DNA of 52,453 bases from a virus (Duplodnaviria > Caudoviricetes), in IMG/VR virus record IMGVR_UViG_3300042546_000489, positions 1-52,453 of that record. One strand, 5' to 3'. Every line of letters begins with the position of its first letter. The stretch's first letter is position 1. A program made the position numbers and the translations under genes. Of this stretch, positions 9,422-19,176 are shown piece after piece. Under the pieces are notes generated by a model. That model did not search any database. It was given only the letters and a program-made list of their open reading frames with translations, and was not told the DNA's origin.

Positions 9422-9799
9422 ATGTCATACAGCACGCCGCATGATTCGTCCGGCACGAACTTCTCCTTCGCTGGTGTGACCTACACGGTCACCCAGATCA
9501 CGTACAACCTCAACGACGTGGCGGCTGGCGACACGATCGACGTGTCGCATCTCGGGCTCACGACCGGAGCTCAGGTCGCCACGATGGACCGCCCGCTGAA
9601 GGGCTCCGCGACCGACACGGGCCGCGAGGTGACGATCGAGTATCTCGGCAACACGGTCATCAACGACGCCACGACGGGCACGCTCGCGATCACGGGCGGC
9701 ATCACGCTCTCGAAGTCGGCGACCGTGTCGAGCTCGTCGGTCACCCTCGCGACGAACGATGTGATCCGTGGTTCGGCCACGTTCCGCGTGGCTCGCTGA
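9422..9799 (+). CDS. Tail tube (major tail) protein, putative
   Basis: TIDVSHL motif, Thr/Ser-rich, follows the terminator gene. Confidence 0.7.
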   Translation: MSYSTPHDSSGTNFSFAGVTYTVTQITYNLNDVAAGDTIDVSHLGLTTGAQVATMDRPLKGSATDTGREVTIEYLGNTVINDATTGTLAITGGITLSKSATVSSSSVTLATNDVIRGSATFRVAR

Positions 9800-9817
9800 C
9801 GCGGGGAGGTTCCCGCA

Positions 9818-10132
9818 GTGGCGACGTACTCGACGGGCATCTCGGCGACGTGGGGCAGCGTGACGTTCACCGAGATCTCCGGTCTTTCGTGGACATACGG
9901 CGGCGAGAACGTCGGCCGGTCTGCGAACTTCAACCCGAATCCCGGCAGCGTCTCGGTGACTGCGTTCGGCACCGTCCCGAGCATCTCGCTCGTCGGCAAC
10001 CGTGACACCATCACGATCACGGGTGGCGGCGTGAACTTGACTCAGAAGGCAGTATTGGACTCGGTGTCCGCTGCCGCTGAAGTCAACGGCGTGGCTCGGT
10101 ACACCGCTGAGTTCACCCTTTTGGACAACTGA
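9818..10132 (+). CDS. Second tail-tube-like protein
   Basis: Similar to the preceding gene (ITGGG, NGV/NDV, terminal F-x-hydrophobic). Confidence 0.5.
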   Translation: MATYSTGISATWGSVTFTEISGLSWTYGGENVGRSANFNPNPGSVSVTAFGTVPSISLVGNRDTITITGGGVNLTQKAVLDSVSAAAEVNGVARYTAEFTLLDN

Positions 10133-10133
10133 A

Positions 10134-10472
10134 ATGGCACTGACGCGAGAGCAGATCGAATCTTCTTCGGCGCGTATTGCCCCCGTCGAGGCGTTCGGCG
10201 GCGAGTGCTTCGTGCGGGTGATGAGCGTCGGAGATCGCGACGCCTACGAAGTGCTGGTGATCGAGCACGGCGGCAAGATATTCCCTGACTTTCGCAGCGA
10301 GCTCGTGTCTCGAACGCTGTGCGACGAAAAGGGGAAGCTCCTGTACCCAGGCGGCGATGGAATAGAGGCGATAAAGCAGTTGCCTTCGGATCACGTCCAC
10401 AAGGTATGGACGGCCGCGATGAAGCACAACGCCATGACCGAGGAGGAGATTCGCAAACTCGCGGGGGAATAA
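10134..10472 (+). CDS. Tail assembly chaperone (gpG-like)
   Basis: RTLCDEKG motif; upstream of tape measure; ends in a slippery sequence. Confidence 0.8.
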   Translation: MALTREQIESSSARIAPVEAFGGECFVRVMSVGDRDAYEVLVIEHGGKIFPDFRSELVSRTLCDEKGKLLYPGGDGIEAIKQLPSDHVHKVWTAAMKHNAMTEEEIRKLAGE

Positions 10473-10771
10473 ACGCCCGGCCCTCGCTGCTGTTCAAGCT
10501 GCGTCTGGCTGGGCATCTCGGGAAAACGCTCGCTGAAATCGACCAGATGGACTCGCGAGAGTTCTCGACGTGGATCGCGTACTCGCGATGGTTTCGCCCG
10601 CTCAACGACAGTTGGATGCAGATGGCAATGCTCGCCACGTGCGAGCTCGCTCCGCACACAAAGAAAACGCCGAGCCCGGAGCAGTTCATTCCAATCGACA
10701 CAAGTACGCCGCAGCACTGGACTCAGATTCACGCGACGATCGCGAAGATGAAGGCAGACTTGGAAGGATAG
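10463..10771 (+). CDS. Tail assembly chaperone gpGT extension reached by -1 frameshift at GGGGGAA (10463-10469)
   Basis: Open -1 frame (LAGHLGKTLAEIDQMDSREFSTW) running to just before the tape measure ATG. Confidence 0.8.
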   Translation, partial: GGINARPSLLFKLRLAGHLGKTLAEIDQMDSREFSTWIAYSRWFRPLNDSWMQMAMLATCELAPHTKKTPSPEQFIPIDTSTPQHWTQIHATIAKMKADLEG

Positions 10772-10772
10772 C

Positions 10773-12989
10773 ATGGCTACCGATCTTGCGCTCGCGATGC
10801 AGATCAGCGCGAACACGACGCAACTCGCGTCAGCGGCTCGCGATGTGTCAGCGAAGCTGCAAGGCATGGCCCAGGCTGGACGCAAGGCTTCCGCCGACCT
10901 GGGCGTTCTGAAGACGATCGAGATTTCCCGCGTATTCGTGTCGTCCATCACGGCGGCGACAAGGTCGCTCTCGGCGATTGTCTCCGGTTCTGCCGCAGCG
11001 ATCGCAGGCGTGGACGACCTGAGCAAGCGCACGGGCGCTAGCACGCAGGCACTTCAGGCGTATCAGTTCGCCGCCGAGCAAAGCGGCGTCAGCGTCGAGA
11101 CGTTTGGTCGCAGCGTCCAGAAGCTCGGCATCAATCTGGGCGAGGCGCAGACGGGCAACAAGGCTACCGCGAAGTCATTCGCGGACCTTGGGCTGTCGGT
11201 CGATCAGTTGACGCAACTGAGCCCAGAGGCGGCGTTCGAGGCGGTAGCGGCAGCGATCGCGAAACTCCCAAACCCAGCGCAGCAGGCGGCGGCTGCGGTC
11301 AGCGTGTTCGGCAAGGCTGGTGCCGAACTTGTGCCTGTGTTTGCAGAGGGAGCAGGTTTTCTTGCGGACATGCGGGGCGAGGCGGTGCGTCTCGGTCTCG
11401 TCCTCGGCGAGCCGCAGGTGAGAAGCCTCGCTACGCTCGACGACTCGCTCGGAAAGGTATCGGCTACGTTTCGTGCCTTCACGGCTCGCGTAGTTGCGGA
11501 GCTTGCCCCCGCGCTGGTTGACGCAGCGGAGAACGCCGCCACCTTCATCGCATCCCTCGACGTGCGACAGATCGCCACGTCGATCACATCTCTCCTCGGC
11601 GGTGCGTCCCAGGTTGTTTCAGCGTTCGGCGAGGCATTCCTGTCGGTCTATCAATCGACGGCTCCGCTGGCGGCGACTGTGTTTCCGGCGATTGCGAGCT
11701 CACTTTCTTTCATCGCCAAAAACCTTCAAGGCGCTGCTGTCGGTGCTCTGGCTGCTGCCGGTGCGCTGGCTGGGTATTCATTAGCGGGACTGTCGGCTGC
11801 CACTGCCACGGCAACGCTTTCGGCAGCGATCACGACTCTCCTGTCTCGCACTGGTATCGGGCTCATCGTCGTGCTGGCAGGCACTGCGGCTGGGGCTCTC
11901 TTGAACTGGGCATCGTCTGCCAGCGACGCAGGAGCGGAGTCGCAGGCTGCAATCGCAAAAGCAAACGCTGCTATCGCGATCGCCGAGCAGTCCACTCGCG
12001 ACGCAACACAAGCCGTGCGTGAGTTTGGCAACGAGGCGACGCAGGCTTTCAAGTTGCCAGCCGAGATCACTGAGCAGACGCTCGTTCAAGACAGCATCAA
12101 CGAGGCTAGCACCGCGTTCCGCAATCTTGCGAAAGAGGCTGGCGGTCTGGCGAATGTTCCCGTCGCCGTCGGAGAGGCGTTCGAGACGCTAACGTTCTAC
12201 ATCCAAGGCGTTGAGAAGGGCATCGTCGATTCAGCGAGTCAGCAGGAAGCGATCGCCGAGTCGGCCGCAGTCGTTCTCGTCGAGATTCAGAAGATCGTCG
12301 AGGCACGCAAGGCTGAAGAGGAGGCGACGAAGGCGGCAGCCCAGGCGGCGCAGCAGGCGTCCGATGCGGCACGCAAGAGAACGGAAGAACTCGCTTCGGC
12401 TGGCGTTTCGGCGGCAGAGCAGTCTCGCGTCCAGTTGTCGAAGGATTTGCTCGCCATCACGCAGTCGCTCGCTGACGCCGAGGCGGCTGTCGCGGCGGCG
12501 AAGCAGAGCGGCGATCGGGCTTCGCTCCAAGCGGCGCAGGAGCGGCTGCGTCTGACTCAGGAGACCGCAGCGGCTGCGACGATTGAAGCTAAGCGGCAGG
12601 CCAGAGAGCGCGACCTCGCCGCCTTTGGCATCGACGAAGGACTCCTGAAGCCGGTGACGACGCTGCGAGACCAGTTCGTGAAGGTCCGCGAGGCTTTCGA
12701 TCGAGGTCTCGTCAATGGGGGCGAGGCAAGGCAGGCGCTCGAAAACCTCGCCGCCGAGGGAATTTCAATACGCGCCGACATTGCTGCCGAGCTCAGCCGC
12801 CCCGCGCAGAGGGCGCTCAGCGTCAACGACTTGCGGACCGCAGAGGGGGCGTCGCAGTTTCTCGCTTTCGCGACAGGGCGTGAAGACCCAGCCGTCGAGC
12901 AGGCACGCCAGCAAGTGCGGAAGCTCGATGAGATCAAGCAGGCACTCATCGCTATCGGTGCGAATCCGGTCGAGATCCTCGGCGGCTAA
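10773..12989 (+). CDS. Tape measure protein
   Basis: 738 aa Ala-rich helical protein after the chaperones; LSKRTG...LQAYQFAA, VFGKAG. Confidence 0.9.
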   Translation: MATDLALAMQISANTTQLASAARDVSAKLQGMAQAGRKASADLGVLKTIEISRVFVSSITAATRSLSAIVSGSAAAIAGVDDLSKRTGASTQALQAYQFAAEQSGVSVETFGRSVQKLGINLGEAQTGNKATAKSFADLGLSVDQLTQLSPEAAFEAVAAAIAKLPNPAQQAAAAVSVFGKAGAELVPVFAEGAGFLADMRGEAVRLGLVLGEPQVRSLATLDDSLGKVSATFRAFTARVVAELAPALVDAAENAATFIASLDVRQIATSITSLLGGASQVVSAFGEAFLSVYQSTAPLAATVFPAIASSLSFIAKNLQGAAVGALAAAGALAGYSLAGLSAATATATLSAAITTLLSRTGIGLIVVLAGTAAGALLNWASSASDAGAESQAAIAKANAAIAIAEQSTRDATQAVREFGNEATQAFKLPAEITEQTLVQDSINEASTAFRNLAKEAGGLANVPVAVGEAFETLTFYIQGVEKGIVDSASQQEAIAESAAVVLVEIQKIVEARKAEEEATKAAAQAAQQASDAARKRTEELASAGVSAAEQSRVQLSKDLLAITQSLADAEAAVAAAKQSGDRASLQAAQERLRLTQETAAAATIEAKRQARERDLAAFGIDEGLLKPVTTLRDQFVKVREAFDRGLVNGGEARQALENLAAEGISIRADIAAELSRPAQRALSVNDLRTAEGASQFLAFATGREDPAVEQARQQVRKLDEIKQALIAIGANPVEILGG

Positions 12990-12992
12990 CTC

Positions 12993-13859
12993 ATGGCAAT
13001 CCTGCAAACCACCGAGATCCTCCCTCGCACGTTCGAGCACCGGTTCGGCTCGTCGCCGACGGCCCAGCGCAAGGTCATCGTCACGGTCGATGCGCCAGAG
13101 ACGCAGCAGGCTGTGCTCGATGCGGTCGGGATCTACCACGGCAGCACGCACCCAGAGTACGCGTACCTCGTCTGCACGAATGGGTCGTTCACCGAGACCG
13201 ACCGATACCACGTCGAGGCGACGTACAGTTACGAACTCCCGCAGGTCGGCACGACGGATTTTCAGCCGAACCCTCTCGCTCGTCCTGACGTGTGGTCGTT
13301 CTCGACCGGCGGTGCCCAGGTGCCTGCCCTCGTCTACTACCACGGCAGCGGCAACGGCGACCGACGCCCGCTCGTCAATGCCGCCAATGATTATTTCGAG
13401 GGACTGACCACGCTCGAAGCCGAGGTGCGAGCGACGATCGCATGGAATCGTGCCGCGTTCCCGTCGGCGCTCGCCTCGGCTGTCACGAACTGCGTCAACG
13501 CCGGTCCGTATCTCTGGGGTGCCAAGCACACGTGGCAGTGCGCGGGTATCTCAGCGAGCAAGCAATCTGAGGTCGTCAACGGCGTCGAGGTCAACTACTG
13601 GAGCGGCACGACTGAGCTCGTGTTTCGGCAGACCGGGTGGAATCTGCTTTTGCCCAACATTGGGCTGAACTACATCCAAGGCAGCGAGAAGAAGCGAGCG
13701 ACCGTAGAGCTGAATGGCGAGGCGATCGCGTCGGCGAATCCCGTCGCGCTGACAGAGTCTGGAGACCTCGCAGCAGAAGGCTCTCTGCCGATCATTCTTG
13801 AGCGTCGCGTTTTTCGCGAGGTTGATTTCTCTACTTACTTCGGCACCCCACCGTTCTGA
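12993..13859 (+). CDS. Putative tail tip / distal tail protein
   Basis: Immediately after tape measure; no specific motif. Confidence 0.55.
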   Translation: MAILQTTEILPRTFEHRFGSSPTAQRKVIVTVDAPETQQAVLDAVGIYHGSTHPEYAYLVCTNGSFTETDRYHVEATYSYELPQVGTTDFQPNPLARPDVWSFSTGGAQVPALVYYHGSGNGDRRPLVNAANDYFEGLTTLEAEVRATIAWNRAAFPSALASAVTNCVNAGPYLWGAKHTWQCAGISASKQSEVVNGVEVNYWSGTTELVFRQTGWNLLLPNIGLNYIQGSEKKRATVELNGEAIASANPVALTESGDLAAEGSLPIILERRVFREVDFSTYFGTPPF

Positions 13860-13867
13860 GGCACGAC

Positions 13868-14236
13868 ATGGCAGACGTGAACTACACGATCAACGGGCAA
13901 GTCGCAAAGGGCGCGCTCTCGCAGTCGTTCGCCGCGAGCGGCGTGACTGCGGACATGAACACCACGGGTATGATCGCCCTGACGCTGAACCTCGGGACCG
14001 CTACGCAGGCGATCTCGACAGCGTCGCTCTCCAGCGTCGGGATCGCTTTCGCTCGGTCGCTCGCGACGACCGGTACGCACACCGTGTCGTTCGGCAGGCT
14101 GGACGGCACGACGCTCTACGAAGCCGTGACGCTGCGTGCTGGCGAGGCTGCGGTGATGCGACTCGCGGCAGGCGACTACGGCGCGAAGGCGGTGGTCGCC
14201 AACTCTCGTCTCGTCATCTTGATCTACGAGGGCTGA
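13868..14236 (+). CDS. Putative virion structural protein
   Basis: Tail operon, beta-rich composition. Confidence 0.55.
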   Translation: MADVNYTINGQVAKGALSQSFAASGVTADMNTTGMIALTLNLGTATQAISTASLSSVGIAFARSLATTGTHTVSFGRLDGTTLYEAVTLRAGEAAVMRLAAGDYGAKAVVANSRLVILIYEG

Positions 14237-14237
14237 G

Positions 14238-14795
14238 ATGCCCCAGAGGCCGGACGGACAAGCGGCACGGCCGCAGCGCGTGACGTTCACGAAGGGCTCT
14301 GCCGAGCGGATCGCGGCGGTCGTGCGTGACTACGAGGCGGGAGATCGGAGCGCCTTGCCACTGCGGTTCGGAGTCGTCTCGTCTGACTCGCAGAAGACCT
14401 TCCGCATCGCCACGTTCTCGGGTGCGTGGAGCCCGAACAGCACGAAAACTGTCGAGATCGTGCTGACGGGACAGACGGTCAACGCGTTCAATCGCACATT
14501 CCCTCTCTCCAGTGTTCCTGCAAACAATGAAATCGCGTGCAGTATCGCCAAGGACGGTACGGCATGGCACCTCGTGGACGTTGGGAAAAACCAGAGTTTC
14601 GGCCACCTCTTCGCGGGCGGCATTACGACACGCACGGTCGTCACCGACATGCTCATCGCCGCGACGCTCAACACCACGAACTGCGCGATCACAGTAACAA
14701 AGACTCCGGTCACCGCCACGGTGACGATAGTGTTTTCGACATACACGGCTTCGTTCTTGTCGCTGGCCGGAATGACCTACCAGCCTGGAGTGTAA
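14238..14795 (+). CDS. Putative tail-associated protein
   Basis: Tail operon, tight gene coupling. Confidence 0.55.
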   Translation: MPQRPDGQAARPQRVTFTKGSAERIAAVVRDYEAGDRSALPLRFGVVSSDSQKTFRIATFSGAWSPNSTKTVEIVLTGQTVNAFNRTFPLSSVPANNEIACSIAKDGTAWHLVDVGKNQSFGHLFAGGITTRTVVTDMLIAATLNTTNCAITVTKTPVTATVTIVFSTYTASFLSLAGMTYQPGV

Positions 14796-14798
14796 GCC

Positions 14799-15317
14799 AT
14801 GGCGTGCCCTTGCTGCAGTCCTCAAATATCATGCGCCACTGAATGCAACGGAAACGGAGTGCCATCGCAGATATCGATGCAAATTACCCAAGTGTCATTT
14901 GGCGCGAACTCCGAGTTCGATGAGAGCGACCTAGAGTTTGCCGTGCCGTCCACGTTCATTCTTCCTCTGCGTGACCCTGACTCTGGATGCACGCTGTGGG
15001 ATGCAAGTTTTTTCCCTCGTGCGACACTATGTAGTGAGTGCGGTCAGAGCGGATTCAACCCGGGGAGCGCCGGTCTCGCAATTAGCGTCGATCGTCGCGT
15101 TATCCCGAACCAACTGAATGTCGTGATCGTCATTCGATTCGGGGATGTAACCGTTTTTGGCAACTGTATCGGCGCTTCAGGGCGTTTTTTTGCTACTGCA
15201 ATCGGCAGTGTTTGCGCGCTGCCGCTGAGCGGCACTGCCAACATCCGGAGACCGGGAGTGGGAGGGTGCGATTCCTTCAACATTAGCTCCGTCGCGTTTA
15301 CGCTGGAGGCGGCTTGA
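14799..15317 (+). CDS. Cys-rich hypothetical protein (MACPCC...), lower GC
   Basis: Coupled ORF at the end of the tail operon; visibly more AT-rich. Confidence 0.6.
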   Translation: MACPCCSPQISCATECNGNGVPSQISMQITQVSFGANSEFDESDLEFAVPSTFILPLRDPDSGCTLWDASFFPRATLCSECGQSGFNPGSAGLAISVDRRVIPNQLNVVIVIRFGDVTVFGNCIGASGRFFATAIGSVCALPLSGTANIRRPGVGGCDSFNISSVAFTLEAA

Positions 15318-15694
15318 TGCACTGCGAGTGGTTGCCGTGCGACGGCGGCAGTATGCGATGCTCTCGGTGCGGTCGCGAGGTGAAGTGTCTAGGTCAGCCG
15401 GTCTTTGCCACTTGCGGCATTGAGCCGCCACTGCCATCCGGCCCCGGCACTGAACTCTCCAAACTCCTGAAGCGATTCGGCATCGAGCCGACGCCGACCT
15501 GCCAGTGCCGAGCGAAGGCAACTGAGATGAACGCGTGGGGTGCAGACGAGTGCGAGAAGCCCGAACGCATCGAGGAGGTCGTCGCCGTGATGCGTGCGGA
15601 AGCGGAGGCTCGCGGACTCCCCTTCCTTGACATCGCCGGTCGCCTGCTCGTGCGCCGTGCCATCCGCAACGCCCGGCGTGCCGCTGCGAATTGA
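15317..15694 (+). CDS. Cys-rich hypothetical protein
   Basis: CSRC, GPGTEL...CQC...MNAWG. Confidence 0.65.
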   Translation: MHCEWLPCDGGSMRCSRCGREVKCLGQPVFATCGIEPPLPSGPGTELSKLLKRFGIEPTPTCQCRAKATEMNAWGADECEKPERIEEVVAVMRAEAEARGLPFLDIAGRLLVRRAIRNARRAAAN

Positions 15695-15710
15695 CACTCT
15701 ATCCACCATG
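15691..15710 (+). promoter_or_regulatory. TTGAC-N8-CACCATG motif
   Basis: Repeated motif directly upstream of an AGGAGG RBS. Confidence 0.45.
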
Positions 15711-15730
15711 GACGCAGGAGGACGGGTGCC

Positions 15731-16018
15731 GTGGCGGATGATCACACGATCACGATCGCGGGCGAGAAGTGGCTCCTGCGCTTCTCGCGTCTCACAGGCA
15801 AGGCTGACGGCTGGACGTGCTATGACGAAAAGCCGCCGAAGATGCTGGTCGATTCTCGACTGACCGGCTCGCAGCGTCTCGAAACCGTCCTCCACGAGAT
15901 CGCCCATGCGGTGCTCGGCTCCACGATCTCCGAGGAGACGGTGACCGAGTTGGCCCGCGTCCAGCGTCGTGTCCTCTGGCAGATCCTGCGTTACCGGGAG
16001 GTGCCGCGTGGCGAGTAA
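15731..16018 (+). CDS. Small HExxH zinc metallopeptidase-like protein
   Basis: ETVLHEIAHA...EETV. Confidence 0.7.
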   Translation: MADDHTITIAGEKWLLRFSRLTGKADGWTCYDEKPPKMLVDSRLTGSQRLETVLHEIAHAVLGSTISEETVTELARVQRRVLWQILRYREVPRGE

Positions 16019-16283
16019 GCAGAAGCGTGTCTCGATTGCGGACGACGTGCTCGGGCGAGCCGCCAACTATCAGCCGGGATTCGTCGCGTGGCACTGCAAG
16101 CTGCCGCCCGACGCACTCGCGGAACTGGAGTCGCTGCGGTCCAGGTGGGCGAGTGGCGAGGTGGCGATCCAGAAGAGGGCGCTCGCGAGGGCGATCATCG
16201 AGACGTGTCGTGAGCGTGGGTTTCCTGTCAGCGGCGTGCAAGGAGTCGAGCATTGGCTCAACGCAGCGCGAAAGACTCACTGA
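16008..16283 (+). CDS. Hypothetical protein
   Basis: GTG start after GGGAGG; overlaps both neighbours. Confidence 0.6.
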   Translation: MASKQKRVSIADDVLGRAANYQPGFVAWHCKLPPDALAELESLRSRWASGEVAIQKRALARAIIETCRERGFPVSGVQGVEHWLNAARKTH

Positions 16284-17332
16284 CCGACAGCGTCATCACT
16301 GCCGCCGCGACGGCCGAGCAACTCGCAGCCGACGCCGAGGTCGCACGCCTTCGTGCCGAGGTGGCGGCGCTGAAGGGGCGCTACCGATCCGCACTCGCTC
16401 AGATCGACCGCGAGCGGGAGCGTGCCGACGCGTTCGTCGGGCTCAAGGGTATCGAGGCGAAGCGCCCGCTAACCAAAAGCGTAAAGGGCAAGCGGCACCC
16501 CGCGTCGATGGTCGTGTTGCTCTCCGACATCCACTGCGAAGAGACGGTGCGGAGCGAGCAGGTCAACGGACTCAACGCCTTCGACCTCGACGTGTGCGAC
16601 GCCCGGCTCGCCGAGTTGAGCGAGCGATTCTTCGCCCTGCTCGAACACGAGCGGCAACTGTGCAAGATCGACCGCGTCGTCGTCTGGCTGGGCGGCGATC
16701 TCATCTCTGGGATGATCCATCCCGAGCTCGCGGAGGAGAACTCTCTGCACCCGCTCGCGGCTCTCCGGTGGATCGGCGAGCGGCTGCGTGGATTCATCGA
16801 CGCCGTGAGCGACACGGCCAGCGAGGTGCTGGTCGTCACGTCGTGCGGGAATCACGGGAGGACGACCGAGAAGCTCCGCACGAACGAAGCGGATACGTCC
16901 TACGAACACCATCTCTACGTGACGATGGCGGCTGCGGAGTCGCGGAAGAACGTCGCGTGGCGAGTGGGCGAAGGGCACCTCAACTATGTCGATCTCGACG
17001 GGTTCACTATTCGGTTCATGCACGGACACGCCGTTCGGTACCAGGGCGGCATCGGCGGGATTCACGTCCCGCTGAACAAGGCGATCGCCGCGTGGGACTC
17101 GACGCGACGTGCGGACCTCACGTGCCTCGGGCACTGGCACCAGTTTTCGTGGTCACGCTCGGGACGCTACGTCACGAACGGAAGCGTGATTGGACCGTCT
17201 GCGTACTCTGTGCGAATCAAGGCGAGCTACGAGCCGCCGTGTCAAGCGGCGTTCGTGGTCGATCACCATCGCCGCGAGGTGACGCGAGCCTATCCCGTGT
17301 TCTGCGATCGAGACCTCCGAGGAAAGACATGA
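16253..17332 (+). CDS. Calcineurin-like metallophosphoesterase with N-terminal coiled coil
   Basis: SDIH, GGD, GNHG, HGH, GHWH motifs. Confidence 0.88.
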   Translation: MAQRSAKDSLTDSVITAAATAEQLAADAEVARLRAEVAALKGRYRSALAQIDRERERADAFVGLKGIEAKRPLTKSVKGKRHPASMVVLLSDIHCEETVRSEQVNGLNAFDLDVCDARLAELSERFFALLEHERQLCKIDRVVVWLGGDLISGMIHPELAEENSLHPLAALRWIGERLRGFIDAVSDTASEVLVVTSCGNHGRTTEKLRTNEADTSYEHHLYVTMAAAESRKNVAWRVGEGHLNYVDLDGFTIRFMHGHAVRYQGGIGGIHVPLNKAIAAWDSTRRADLTCLGHWHQFSWSRSGRYVTNGSVIGPSAYSVRIKASYEPPCQAAFVVDHHRREVTRAYPVFCDRDLRGKT

Positions 17333-17916
17333 CCGAAGCAACGCTCGAATCAGCCAACGCCGCCCTTCGCAACGCCGTCGAGTCCCGCCTCGCTGGACGA
17401 TCACCGATGGCGGCGAGCCTGGAGGGATGCCAGCCTGCACTGGAGGCGGCGACGAGGGTGCTGAGCGACGCGGCAGCCACCGAAGAATCATCCGAGGTCT
17501 ACGCCGAGTGGACGCCGCCCGAATACGCCGCGCGGGTCGAGGCGGTCAAAGGTTTCGCCCGACTCGTCGAGGAGGCGCGGCCCGCGCGGGTCGCGAGGGA
17601 GACGCATCCCACGTCGCAGGCGTTCTTCGACTTGTGCGATCAGATGAAGGAGATGCACCGGCGGAAGAGCCGAGACTACGGGTGCCCGAGCGGCGAAGAT
17701 CCGCTCGCGAACATCCGCAACGGGGCGCGGTTCGTCGGCATCCCGTCGTGGAAGGGCGCGATGGTCAGGCTCTCCGACAAGGTCACGAGGCTCGCCGCCT
17801 ACAACGCCACCGGGCGGCTGGAGAACGAGTCGCTCGAAGACAACCTGTTCGACCTCGCGTCCTACGCACTGCTCGCCTTGCTCCTGCACCGTGAGGATCG
17901 CGATGCCGAAGCGTGA
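17329..17916 (+). CDS. DUF1599 / nucleotide-modification-associated domain protein
   Basis: RKSRDYG...ANI...VRLSDKVTRL...ESLEDNLFDLASY; ATG 17329 overlaps the upstream stop. Confidence 0.7.
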   Translation: MTEATLESANAALRNAVESRLAGRSPMAASLEGCQPALEAATRVLSDAAATEESSEVYAEWTPPEYAARVEAVKGFARLVEEARPARVARETHPTSQAFFDLCDQMKEMHRRKSRDYGCPSGEDPLANIRNGARFVGIPSWKGAMVRLSDKVTRLAAYNATGRLENESLEDNLFDLASYALLALLLHREDRDAEA

Positions 17917-18091
17917 CTCGCACCCGCCACTCACCGAGGACGACCTCGCGCAGATCGAGCACCGCGCCCGGCGGTTCAGCGGTGCCTACACCGGCACGAG
18001 CGGCACGCTCGCTGGCGACGTGATCCGCCTGCTCGCGGAGCGGGCTCGCCTCCTCGCGATCATCGCCGTGCTCCAGAGCGAGGACGCGTGA
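17903..18091 (+). CDS. Hypothetical protein
   Basis: Coupled small ORF with GAGG RBS. Confidence 0.55.
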   Translation: MPKRDSHPPLTEDDLAQIEHRARRFSGAYTGTSGTLAGDVIRLLAERARLLAIIAVLQSEDA

Positions 18092-18312
18092 TGTTCGGCG
18101 ACCTGCGGCGACGCGTCGATCAACTGGCGTCCGTTGTCGCCGTGATGGCGTCGAACCAGCGGTCGATGGCCGAAGCGATGCGGACGCTCGTAGAGTCTGC
18201 CAACCAGAACGCCGAGCACTGCAACCGGAATTTCACGTCAATCGTCGAGTCGCTCCAGCAAATCGTCGATCGCCTCGGCGAAGATACGTCGGACGATTGG
18301 TGGAAAGAGTGA
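18088..18312 (+). CDS. Hypothetical coiled-coil protein
   Basis: GTGA overlap; converges on the integrase. Confidence 0.55.
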   Translation: MMFGDLRRRVDQLASVVAVMASNQRSMAEAMRTLVESANQNAEHCNRNFTSIVESLQQIVDRLGEDTSDDWWKE

Positions 18313-18318
18313 CCCTGG

Positions 18319-19176
18319 TCAGTTGATTCCCGGTAGCACCTCGCAAGGCGGCGGATCGCGATCAGTCAGGCGGCGATCGAGATACCAGCGGTGTGTGATT
18401 CGCGGGCTGGAGTGATCTAGCAACTTGACGGCGTCGCCCCCGAGGGCGGCGTAGTGCGATGCCGCAGAGCGTCGCAACTGATGAAAGCCGCACTTGCGGC
18501 CCGTGGGCAATCCGGCACGACGCACGACATCGCGATACTTCGTCCAGAGGTACTCTCGCGAGCCAGGCCACTCGAACACGCGGTTTTTGCCGCACGCTCT
18601 GGCGACGAGGTCATACGTCACCGGAGTGAGCCGGTACGCACGGTCTCGCTTGCCGCCCTTCCGATACTCGGCTCGCACGCTGAGAAACGGCGAGGCCAAG
18701 TCCTCTGGCCGACATGCCAGCACGGCTCCGATACGCTCGGCTGTTTCCCACAGCACGTTCACGAGCGCGGCGTACCAGATGCCCGCTGGCACCGTGCCGA
18801 CGCGTCCAGGTGTCGCCACGGCGGCACGCACGAGGGACCGCAACTGATCGACGCTCCACGCCTCTGGAATGCGGTCTGGCAGCGGAGCGGGCGGCACGCA
18901 CGGCCGGTCCCGAACGAATCCGCGATCAGCGGCGAACCGCCAGAGCGCGATGAGCTGCGTGCGTTCCTTCTCGGCCGTGTATGGACTGCGCGTGCTGCCA
19001 CGGTGCTCAAGAAACCGGCTGATCGTCAGATCGGTCAGGTCGTCAATCGTCGGCTCGTGCCGCAGCCACTTCCAGAACGAGCGAATCGTGCATCCGTACA
19101 GGCGGCTCGTGTTTGCTGATCGTCCGCGCAGCCGCAGCGGACGGTAGTAGTCATCGAACAGATTCTGCAGCGTCAT
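18319..19176 (-). CDS. int: Tyrosine integrase
   Basis: Catalytic set ETAER, RKGGK, FHQLRR, LLDHSS, HRWY; GAGGAGG RBS before ATG 19176. Confidence 0.9.
   Translation of the reverse strand: MTLQNLFDDYYRPLRLRGRSANTSRLYGCTIRSFWKWLRHEPTIDDLTDLTISRFLEHRGSTRSPYTAEKERTQLIALWRFAADRGFVRDRPCVPPAPLPDRIPEAWSVDQLRSLVRAAVATPGRVGTVPAGIWYAALVNVLWETAERIGAVLACRPEDLASPFLSVRAEYRKGGKRDRAYRLTPVTYDLVARACGKNRVFEWPGSREYLWTKYRDVVRRAGLPTGRKCGFHQLRRSAASHYAALGGDAVKLLDHSSPRITHRWYLDRRLTDRDPPPCEVLPGIN

Noticed and set aside
16027-17916. 629-aa ORF
   Set aside because: Only the part from ATG 17329 looks like protein; the rest is an Arg-rich shadow over the phosphoesterase
18319-19176. Integron integrase IntI serving the attC site
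   Set aside because: Short (285 aa), no IntI-type insertion before HxxR, and sits beside attP and Xis-like genes
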